DNA of 64,000 nucleotides, from the NCBI GenBank assembly GCA_964106915.2, contig OZ066914.1; one strand, 5' to 3'. This DNA is from Podarcis gaigeae. Its lineage: Eukaryota. Below are positions 21,151 through 33,100 of this stretch, piece after piece. A program made the position numbers and the translations under genes. The stretch's first letter is position 1. Each line of letters begins with the position of its first letter. The notes beneath the pieces are model-generated. The model did not search any database, was not told the origin of the DNA, and worked only from the letters and a program-made list of their open reading frames with translations.

Positions 21151-24100
21151 GGGCTTAGGGTCACCTATCCTGCTGCAAATTTAATACCACATAGAGCTGT
21201 TTTCCTACGCGTGCTTACTTGGGAGTAGACCCCTATTGAAATCCGTTGGACTTACCTCTGAGTAAGCGTGAATAACCTTGTGCTACTCATAATCTTCCAG
21301 TTGTCTGCAGGGAAGCTTTCTAAGGGACAGGAGTTGCCAGTATGATGTGAGGTGGGCAGCTTTAGGGTAGCGTTTTCTGATGTGGGTCAAGGGTAGGATT
21401 GCTCAGGAATAGCCGTTCTGTTTCATTCTGAGTGTCTGCCATGCATTATTCTGGAATAAGTTGATAGCCCCATGTGATTATGTTTAACTTATGTATGTAA
21501 CCCTTCCCTTCTCTAAAGATCTCAGGTTTTCATATATAGGGTTTCTCTGGCTATTCTCTTAGCAACCCTGTAGGGTTGGTTGAGCTTAGTAATAATCAGT
21601 TGCCCAAGTCAGTAAGCTGGAGCTTGGACCAAGGACTCCCCAAATCAATCAAAACACACATACAATTTGTGCAAAGATTTTGGTTGGGACATTTGGAAAT
21701 AGGTTTCTTGAGGTTAGGGAATTGTGGGAAAAGGTACTTGGGAGGCTAGTATGAGGAATGGAGGAAAGTGGAATGGGTAAGAAATTTTCAGTTGTGGAAG
21801 GGAATCTAGGGCTGTGAAGTTGAGTGGTAGTTGCAAGGGAGAGATCTGGTAAAATGTAGTTATGCAGTGGTGATGGAAAGGCCCTGCAACAGGTAAAACT
21901 ACACAGTGCATGTGTAAAAGATCAAAGTTGATAAGAGCAATAAAGCATTTGAGAATGGAGGATATTTGGTTGTGAATTCTCTCCATGGCCAAGGATTATC
22001 CTATTTTAAAGGAGGCACAGGTGTGCAGGGACATCCCCCACAAGTTGGAGTCATTCTGAAAAGAGCAGCACTTCTCCCAGAAGTAAGAGCAATGTGAAGG
22101 AACACTGAGATGAATTGCTAATTGATAGTGGGTGGAATGTGCATTAAGATTGTATGACTGTCTGGATCACTACTGCAGCCCCAAAGTAATTCAGATGGGC
22201 CTTTAAATGTCCTCTGACTTTTGGATTCTTGGCCTTATCTTCTGAAAGTTAGAAAAGAACTGCTAGATACCTTTAAAACCAGCAGATCTCTGGACACCAT
22301 ACTTTTGCCCAATTTTGGTATCACTCTCTAGCAATCTAGAAGCTTCTGTTTGGAAACAACAACAAATCATAAAAGCAATGTAAATCCTTCTTTTGTGGTT
22401 CTTCATTAGTATGAGAAAAGTGGCAATTCTAAATATTCTTTCCTGGGACCAATTTTCTGTGCACTATGAAGGGAGGTAGATGACTTTAAAATAATGGACC
22501 CCGAAAGCTTAGTCAAAGAAACTCATAAAATCTTTGCTTCTTCGTGTAGATCTGCAAAAATTGTGAGATGACATGAGTGATTTAAAAGATAGGAAAGCAT
22601 GGGAAACTTTCATTTGCTCCTACTTGGCACTACTTGGAGCAGTTTTCAATATCCTTTATAAACAAATCCAGAATGGTGCCTCAAGTTATAATTATCGTTG
22701 GGAGTGGAAGGATGTTGGGTCCAGACGTCTAGTGAAAAAATGATTGCACCCTCCTGTAGCAAACTTTTGCTTATCTAATTGTTAAAATTCATCCCAGATG
22801 TCTAGGGGTAAAAAAGTAAGTTCAACACCCTTCCCCCTGGATTACTTGCTTATTTCAGCAATAAGAATCTACTTTACAGGGAGTCAGTACTGGGCTCAGC
22901 AGGTCAATGGTCTACTACTTTCACTGGCAGAAAAAACTCTAGAGTCGCAAGTCAAAAACTTTCCCAGCCCTAGTCCCTGAGACTCTTAACTGACAATAGC
23001 AGGGACTTAACATTGGACTTTCTACATGCCACACATGTACTCTGCCTATGAGCTATAGAGAAGAGTATAGAAAAGCTGCATGCATGAGTCAGTAGTGGGG
23101 TTCCCTCCTTGAAATTTGTCTGTCTGAGACTATTGCTGGTCTTGTATGGATGAAATTCTGTTGCCCCTGGCCACAGTGCAGTCATGGATTGATAAAGTCC
23201 CTGGTGGACCCAAGAAGGCTTCGCTTTGAGGCATATTTTGTGGTGTCTTCTACACTTGATCTAACAAGGATTGCAGTCACAAGCTTAGGATGTGGGACTT
23301 AACATTGGTTGGGTTTAGCGTCATGTAGACTTCCCTCTTCACTCTCAAAGTATAAACAGACCTCTCCCTGACGCACGGGTGGTGCCAAGTGCGCCTCCAG
23401 GACTTGGCTTGTGATAAACATGGACTGCTACTAGCAGCTGCAGATAATTGGAGACTCGCCCAGGAGTGTTTCTACTTAGAATTTGTGCACTCACTGTGTA
23501 CAACCCACATGGTTCATACTATCCCCAGCTTGGGCCTGGTAGCTTAGTAGTAACCCCTGGCAATGTGCCAGGCGGGAGTAAGCCCTACAAGCTGTGCTCT
23601 TGTTAAGCCTGCGGTGGATGAGAACTGTAGTGCTAGCACATTCCTTGTTTTCTGCCTATCCTGCCTCTGCGCACACAGCAACATTGAACAAGCCCGTGTG
23701 GTGGAATCCAGCATACAGCTGGGGGGGGGGGGAAACATCCTGTTTACTCTTGCAGACAATGAGCTGACTGTCAGCAGAGCAGATTCACAGGCTGGAGTCA
23801 AGCAGGGGTTGGTAGTACACTTCTAGTACCACTGCAGTTTGTGGAGATGTTAATTTAAACTAGAAATGTTTTTTGTTATACTACTTAATAACAATTTAAG
23901 AGAAGGGAGAAAGATCCTGCCAGAAAATATTTTCTCATTAAAAGAAGAAAAATTCTCAAACAGCAATACATACAGGGCTAGAAAGAGAAGAAAACATAAC
24001 ATAAAAGAAGCCAGCAGCATATTTTTTAGGTACCCACCATGCTCGGGCTAATATATTTCAAATTACTAGGTGCCACCAACATCATTTTTCTAGTTGACTG

Positions 24101-27100
24101 GATGCCTGTAATTTTTAAACCTTTAATTACACAGAGTACAGGTCTCTAAACTGTACACTCATGGTCCGATGCATAGAAATCCAGTGCCTATAATAGATTT
24201 CAGTTGGAAGCTGTATACAAGACTTTCAAGGATGTGAACTTCTGCCAGTGATAGCTCAAATAGGTAGAAAATAAAAAGGAACAGGGGTGCGCATCCCATT
24301 CCCACAATAAGCTTTGGGTGAACAGAAGAGTATATTTTGTCAGAGTGCATTAATTCATTTCTTGCCCAACACTTTCGTTCAGTGTGTTTATGTCAATAAT
24401 AGGCAAAATGTGTAAAAAAAAAAAATTAGGAACTTGGTGTTTCCACCTCAAATTGTGGTTTAAAGGTAAAGGTACCCCTGCCCGTACGGGCCAGTCTTGA
24501 CAGACTCTAGGGTTCTGCGCTCATCTCACTCTAGAGGCCGGGAGCCAGCGCTGTCCGCAGACACTTCCGGGTCACGTGGCCGGTGTGACGAAGCTGCTCC
24601 AGCGAACCGGCACCAGAGCAGCACACGGAACGCCGTTTACCTTCCCACTAGAAAGCGGTGCCTATTTATCTACTTGCACTTAATTGTGCTTTCGAACTGC
24701 TAGGTGGGCAGGAGCTGGGACCGAACGACGGGAGCTCACCCCGCCGCGGGGATTCGAACCGCCGACCATGCGATCGGCAAGTCCTAGGCGCTGAGGTTTT
24801 ACCCACAGCGCCACCCGCGTCCCACCCCAAATCATAGATCCACACATGCAGGATAATGTTATCTAGAGATGACAGACTCATAGACTCATATCTAATGCAA
24901 GTTTTTTAAACACAGGACACTGTCAAATGTGTTGGTCTAAGCCATTGCCAATGATAGCCAAACACGCGTAGAAAAGAATAAAGAACTGGGGAAGGGATGC
25001 AATAAACGTTGGTATATCACAAATCATATACCCACATCTGCAGGATGGTACCCTCTATCGGACAGCATAGAATCACGTCAGGTCCAATGCTTTTTGGAGT
25101 AGCAAGGTGCTATCAATTACATGGGTCTACACCAATAATTGTCAAAATATGTACAACTCTATTGCTGGATGTGTGAGTATATGGTTTGGTGGTTCCTAAG
25201 TTCCATCTTATTTTTTTACACATTTTGGTTGTCGTTGGCATAGTTTCACACCACACAGTTTCTTGTGTCCAAGCACTGTGTTGCTAGACCAAATGCAACT
25301 TGGGTATAACCATTGTGGTGGTCCAAAGCAAGTTTGGGTTGCACAAACCCAGTTCCTTATTCTTTTCTACATTTGTTGGCTATTAATTATTTGTTATATT
25401 AGAATAATATAATTTCTAAAATTGGCTATCATTGGACTACCTAAAAATTTATAATCTGACATAAATTTTATGGATGTCATTCTTCATGAGATAGGTGCTG
25501 CAGCAGAGTGACAGACAGTCATTTTGGAAAATAACTTCTGCAGACATGTGCCAATGTGCACATGATGTTTACTGATGTTTCCTCTTTCTGAACTATCTTC
25601 TATGTCATCCAAGTGGAAATTGCTTTCAGTAATGACTTTCCTCCTGAAATTTATTACAGTGGTACCTCGGGTTACATACACTTCAGGTTACATACGCTAC
25701 AGGTTACAGACTCCGCTAATCCAGAAATATTACCTTGGGTTAAGAACTTTGCTTCAGGATGAGAACAGAAATTGTGTAGCAGCGATGCAGCAGCAGCAGC
25801 AGGAGGCCCCATTAGCTAAAGTGGTGCTTCAGGTTAAGAACAGTTTCAGGTTAAGAACAGACCTCCAGAACGAATTAAGTTCTTAACCTGAGGTACCATT
25901 GTATACGACACTGGTCTATAGTGTTGGACTTGGACCTTGAAAACTTTGAAATGTACTCTAGCATTTGGCACAATATGGCCTAGATCAGACATAGGCAAAC
26001 TCGGCCCTCCAGATGTTTTGAGACTAGAATTTCCATCATTCCTGACCACTGGTCCTGTTAGCTAGGGATGATGGGAGTTGTAGTCCCAAAACATCTGGAG
26101 GGCCGAGTTTGCCTGTGCCCGGCCTAGATCAAGGGCCACTGACGAGTGCCAAGGCACCTGCAAAGGCTTTAACTGATGCCCCAGATACTGAGCTTTCATA
26201 AGTAAGTAAGTCTGTAGTCTTCCTAGAAAGGAAGTTATGGGGTAAAATGTGCAGGTACTTCAGCAATTTCTGTGAAATGAGTGAGTGTGAGATGGCCTCT
26301 TTTAACTTATGTCTTTGTCCCTGTAACTTTCCAGGCTGTTTTCCTCCACTTCGTTGCGTCCTCTATTCCTCCTCAGCATGGGCTTTATTGGTGTTCTCCT
26401 GTTGGAGAGATGGAAGCCTCAATTCCTGTTGGATTTCTCAGGTAAGTGAAGTAGTGAAGGTTGTACAAGTAAAGGAAGTGGTGTAGTTCTGGAGCAGGGA
26501 TAATCTTGGTTGATTCTTGCACTCTTGCAAGTTCAGTTCATTGCTTCCTGTCCTGCTGTGATTTCCTGCTGATCAAGCCTTGAACTAACAGTTCCCCCCT
26601 TTTTGCTGTACTACACTGAATAAAAAGTAGCAAGTAATTGGAGTTCTTTGGACTAAAGGCACTTGGTTAATATTTGCTGGCGTTTTTTTTCCCCCCCATC
26701 TCTTTGCTTCTGCTCATGTTGAGAATGCACATTAGAGCACCTTTCTGTTTGTTGAGGGCAGTCATGTGAGAAATGCTGTTTGGCTGAAAGATTAAATGTA
26801 GCAATTTGTTTTGTACAGTTAGATCTTAAGGAGTGTGGATGTAACTGCCTGCAAGTCTTAACAAATTTTGGATTAAATAGGTGGTATCATGAGTGCCTGA
26901 GTGAGAACCAGGCAACTATGTGGTGTTGGCCTACAATGTCTAATGTCTTTCCTTCACTATCCTCAAGAAAGATACCCCTGATGAGCTCAGCATGTGGAGG
27001 GAGTCTATTGTCTGGATTTAATATTGAATTGACTTAATCAACCCTGCTGTGCCCAGACATCAAACCCTAAACAAAATACTGGCAGGGAGTGGTGTAGAAA

Positions 27101-30100
27101 AACAGAGACCTAGGTGCCCTGTTCAAGCAGGACTTGTAAAAACATTGCAGCCTAGAAAATTGGATCACACACTCCACTTGTGCAGTAAGGTGTACCATGT
27201 CAGTTTCACTTTGTGATTTTTGGAAGGTTTCCCATGTCACAGAATGATGCAAAGCACCAGTAATATCACTCTTAGCAACGGATTTCTGCTTTAATCTTCC
27301 TGTGCTGGAGGAATTTCCTGTAGAATAGCAGGATCAGCATCATTTTATTTTTATGTTAAATATTACTTGAGTTAAGTTAAGGCTGTTTTGTTCCAGATAA
27401 CTGCTGGCAAAGAGTAGAGTTGCTGTGGGGTTACATAAGACAAAATAGTAGGCCAGCCATGGTGAGCTGAGGGTTATTTTCTTCCTACTTTTGTTAAACG
27501 ACCTGGTGAGCAGAACTACTATCCAACTTGGTTTATGTAAGATCAACTGACAAGCCACCTATCCAAGACACATCTAATGTTGACCCTCATAACTGACACA
27601 GTCATCCTGATTAGATCCTAGGCGGAGTCTGTTGTGATCCTTATGAATCGTATTGGAGCTGTATCATTAACTAAGAATGCAGCTTCCTCCCTGTTTGAAG
27701 GACCAAGAAGAGCAGTTCTGAACATGATGAACATTTTTCATATGCAGAATACAGCCAAATTCATAGAGAGACTGTACTGAGAAATTCACTGAGGATTCAA
27801 GATTAATAACTTGCTGTTGCAGTGGACTGAGATTTCTGTGTGATCTTTCAGGCCCATAAGACTGCTACACAAGGTGAAGCAATTGTTAAGTGAGCAGCAC
27901 AATGCCCCTGCCAGAGCTAACAAAGTCAAAGGCTGCATTAGCTTCCTTGTTGGTGCATTAGGAGGTACAAAACGGCGTGGTGTAAACAGTTGCGTTCCTG
28001 CTGCCCCAGTACATGATGCCTGGATTCAGCACTCTGTCAAGCAACAGTACTGAAATAACAGGCAAGCACAGTAGCCCATGTATTTGGAGCTGCCGTAAAC
28101 AAACATTACAGCCAGGCTTCTGTGTTAACAATAGTAGCTTTTCACACTCCTGAAATGGGCCCAAGATTTTTCATGTGGGCAGTGGCTGCTGCAATGCCTG
28201 AGTACCGACCAGAATCTCTGCTGCCTGAGGAAGATGGTGATTGGCTCCCTATGTTAGGGCTGATTGCCTGGAATCTGGGTCACAGACTTAACAAGATTGC
28301 TTTCCGCCGCTCCACTGCTCTATTCACCAGCCTGTCAGCTCTGTGTATGTGGCCCAGGGGAAAGGCCTGAGTTAGCCCCAAGCGCTGTAGCTTGTACAGA
28401 CTGTGTGCAGCTGACTGCACATTATAAATAACAGCATAGCACGTCAGCTACACTAGATAGTCATATCTGATGAGCTTTGAATTCTAGCTTCAAATCTCTA
28501 ATGCAAAAGAGCTTATTCACACATCTTCTCTACAACTGGGCTCAAACAAAGGTCACATTTTAAGGAGCTTCCTGAGTGGCTTTGTAAAGCCAGGGTTTCT
28601 TTTTTCTCTCACATAATATAGTTTATTGAAATTTGGAAGAAAATACAAAGATTGATGTCAGGTATCTTTTTATCAAGACTAAAAAACTATCCTAAATAAA
28701 AACACAAAACAGAAAGAAAAAGAGAAAAACAAGATGAAGAAAAAAGAAGAAGAAAAAGGGGGGTGAGAAAATGAGAACTTCTGATTCTTCATCTGTCAGC
28801 TATATGTAGAAAATTATTCAACACATCCAAACCAAGATAAACACCCAACAAATCTGCTTTCAAGAAACCAAAGCCAAGGTTTCTTCATACTGTGTACCAA
28901 GGCAATCCAACTTCTACATCAAGAAAATTCCAATCCTGTGCCCATACTCAGTTATTCGAGTAAATGTGTGGTTTATGTAGCACAGGCTTCCTCAAGCTCA
29001 GTCCTCCAGATGTTTTGAGACTACAATTCCCATAATCCCTGACCACTGGTTCTGCTAGCTAGGGATCAAGGGAGCTGTAGGCCAAAAACATCTGGAGGGC
29101 CAAGGTTGAGGAAGCCTGATGTAGCATATACCTGCTCAGTTTTGATTACATCTGAATTAGTTCAGGAAGTTTGTTCAAAGTGCTGGCCTCTTTGATGAGT
29201 GTGGGGTGTACAGCAGAGGAAAAGCCAAATGCATGTATAGAAGTGTGATTTGAGGTGACATTGGAATGAGGACACAGGTACTTTTGCACCCTGGAACTTT
29301 ATGTGATCCCTGTCTCTTTCCAAAGTGTATATTTAAACACAAGAATAAGAGAAACGCTTGTGGAAATAATACAAAAAGCTACCTGAGATTCTCACATATC
29401 AAATTTGGTACCAACAACCCTGCCCAGAGCACCCTCCCCACCTGTTTTTTGAGTTTGCTCAGACTTTGGAGATTGCTTACTGGCAAAATATGTTACTATT
29501 CAAACCTGTTGGCCAGAGCTATGAGAAAGTTCCTCAGCAGAGGTGGACTGTGATCTGTTTCAGAACTCCCCCTTCCCTTGTTGCAATTTTGTCAGTTGGC
29601 ATATGTCTTGGGACATCAAACAACGCAGATCTTCTGTAGTTGTGTGTGCACAGCTACATAGAACATGATAGCTCTGTGGTTAGAGCATGGTGCTGATAAT
29701 ACCAAGGTTGCAGGTTTGTGTTATCAGCGCCCTGCTCTAACCAAGTGAGCTATCATCCTCTAAGTGCTGAAGGCCAGTGTCAGGGAACTGCCATCGGACG
29801 AGCAGGTGGTGGAAGGGCTCAAGGAGGTTAGGAGAGACTTAACAGCAGAGGAGGGAACCAGCAGGGGGAGAAAAGGAGCTCCGAGGGAAAGGGAGTCGGA
29901 GGGATGGCTCTGGGACACTTCTAGCGAAAACAGTGAGGAGGTTTCAGGACCTCCTATAGGGACACCCACACCTCGCCGGAAACTGTCACGCCGAGAGTCC
30001 AGAAGACGCGTTTCCGTTAAGGAGCTTTTATGTTGGAAGAGATTCCGCAAACGCCCACTGTCGGATTCTGCCAGCGATTGAGGGAGCCATGCTTAAGGGG

Positions 30101-33100
30101 CTCCGCTACAGACAGAGCTTTGCTAATCTGGGCAAACTCTGAGGGACTAAGCTTTTACGCACAAGCAGCTCATCATCCCATCACAGCCAGGCTGCTGAAG
30201 GAAGTAACCTCTAGCATTTAAACTGTCACACTTCACTTACTGCTTAGCTGAATTATATTTTTCTTCTTTCTCCTACAGTGCAGCCATTGGAGGAACCTAG
30301 AGGAGACAGGTAGGTTTGCTCTGTATTGTCTTCATAGCGGAGATGGTTCTTGCCACCCTTCTGCCTTGCCTGCTTTCTTTTACTCAGTATTTTGACCTGT
30401 GTTATGACCTGAAAAGTGCTTCCCCAAATGGGTTGTAGGGCTCCTTACTCATTTCCCTTCCTTAATGGGGTCAGGTTTGGTTCTGGTTTCAGTTTCTAGA
30501 AATTGGAAGTGTCGGATGGATGGATGCCTTCTTCTCAGGATTTAATGGCATTTCAAGGCCAAGAGGAGGCGCTCAATTGTAGTCGTCACCTACTGGATGG
30601 ATGTCTGTCCTGAAAATGCCACCTGAGGCTTAGGAGGCATGGGGTTCCAAGAAAGGAATGTAGGAAGGAATTAACAGTTGTGCTGTGGTAGTCATTTCAT
30701 CAGCACAAGCTTTTCAGTTTCTCAGACAGAACAATCCCCCATCTCCCCCAGCCCCTGGTCTGGGAGGGCCTCCTAATCTTCCCTGTGCTAATTTCCCTGT
30801 GGGGAGGGAGTCCTATTCCACAGGCAGAGGTTCTTGTGCAAGTCCCTATTAGCAGGACTAGTTAGTTGAATCATGCCCCTTTTGGGTGGGCTTCACCTAA
30901 CCAGCCCCATTGGTGAAAGCCCTGCTCAAGAACTCTGCTTGTGGCTTTCCCTCCTCTCTTTCCCCCACCCCACAAATTGGTTCTGGGGAAGTTGGAGGAA
31001 CCAATGAGGGGGAGAGGCAAGCTGAATTACTTGCACATATGGAACAACTGAAAGAGGTCAACATTTGGCCATAACTTTGTTCCACAACAACTTTGATAGC
31101 TTTCTGTTAATACTGCCTGCAGGAAGTGATTCTCTGTTGCTTGTGGCAAGCGTACCTGGAAGGTCTAAAGTACTGATACATTGTTTCCATCCCTGTAGTG
31201 ACAGTGAGATGGCAAGAGCACAGCCTCACCTGTTAAGTGTCCCAGAGCTCTGTCGTTTCCTGGCAGAGAGCTGGATTACCTTCAGATTGTACCTTCAGGA
31301 GCTGCTGCAATACAAGAGGCAAAACCCTGCTAAGGTAAGCTGGGAGTCATCAGGCCCTCTCAGGAAAAATCCTAGAACATGGCTACTTTCCCCCATGGTG
31401 CCTTTGGGCCGTGGCTTGTTAACACATACATACATACATACATACATACATATTCAGATACATATATTCAAATACAAATACATACTCACAGTTGCTCCTA
31501 GCACTTAGGGCTGCTTCACACTGGATTATTTTTCTACATGGATATTGCTTCAGTTTAAGAAAGGATGTGCATACACAACAGCATGTGGTGTAAACGTATT
31601 CCAAACAGCAATTTTAAGGGAATAAAGTATTCTTCACAATATATGTGGAAACAAAAAATGGGAGTAGGGTTTTAATCAAGTATGCCAGTACAGACAAGGT
31701 ACAGTGTGTTCCAGAAACTATCCTGAGAAAAACAGCTGAGGGCAGACATACCCTTAGCCTGCACATACGTGTTGATGTTGCTTTGTAGATGTCATTTCTT
31801 TGTTTCTTTTTCCTCCGCTGTCACCCAGTTCTGTTTAGTAATCCAAAATGCATAATGTGATATATTTGTGTTGCAACTTTGTTCTTGACATTTGTCTTTC
31901 ATTGCAGAGGGGCATTTCTATGTGATGGCCTCATTCCTGCATTGAAATGTGAGATTGTTGCTTGCAGCAGTTGCTCCATATAAGCAGTAAATGAGCAGTT
32001 CTGGCCCTGAGCAGAATTCAGATTTTCTTGCTGTGGTGTCTGGGATTTATGAGCATAGATGGCAAGCAGCTCTCTCTATTGATTAATTAATGGCCTGTCC
32101 TTGGAGGAGAAAGCATTACCTTATATTATATAGTCAAGATCAGTTAAAGGGAAGGCAGGTAGAGAGGGAAGTAATGTATGGGCCTTATTTTATCTCAGGA
32201 TGAGGGAAGTCCTGAAATCTGTTCCAGTCACCTTTTGCCAGTGGGAAATTTCTTCCATTTCCATTGACAGCCTTAATAGTGAATCAAACACATACTCCTT
32301 TCAGAGGGTTGGGATTGGCATAGAAAAAGTCAGGCTTTTTCCTCTTGTAGTCAGCTATTTGCCCATTTGTCAGTTACTTTCAGACATGCAGCTTGCTGTT
32401 GCAGGTACTTCTGGATCCCCACCCGGCTCTGTTATAACACTACTTGGCAGCAGCACCCGGGAGAAAAAGAGTAGCCCATCGTTCTGGCATGGCAGATGCA
32501 CAAAGCATGCAAAATGGCTGTGTGGTGAATACAAGCAGTTATTAATTAAAACAAGGTTCTCTGGGATTGGAGGCATCTCTTGAGCCATTGCAAAGGTGGC
32601 TTATTCTGTGCTAAACCTTTCTTCTCTATCTTCTTTTGCCTTGTACTTCCAGTTTTGTGCCAGAGTCTGCTCAGGATGCTTGATCTTAGCGATAGTAGGA
32701 CACTATGTTCCTGGAATCATGATTTCCTACATTGTCTGTGAGTATAACTGGACTGTTTTATCCCTTAAAACTAGACATGTGACTTAACTAAGCATATGCC
32801 CAGGAATTTTCTTTATCCAGCTCATTTAAAAGAAATTAAAAGCACATAATAGTTCCGACACCTTGTGGGGAACAGGGACACAGATTGAATTTAATGAGGC
32901 GCAGCTGGTGGAGGGCTGGACACTGAGTAGTCTTGGGAAAATTGGCTGCTTCTTTGTCTCTGAGAATATATGCTTCTAACACTTTCTGGACTGTCTCCAG
33001 TGCTCAGTATCTTGCTGTGGCCGCTGGTGGTGTACCATGAACTTATCCAGAGGATGTACACACGCTTGGAGCCCATTCTGATGAAACTGGACTATAGCAT

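Noticed and set aside
24900-25400. Cys/Trp-rich minus-strand peptide ([15 protein letters not shown]) resembling a retroviral env fragment
   Set aside because: Short, interrupted by stops and lacking supporting motifs. It cannot be supported without a translated search.
28461-28500. CTGATGAG as a third hammerhead core
   Set aside because: No convincing stem II, GAAA box or stem I.
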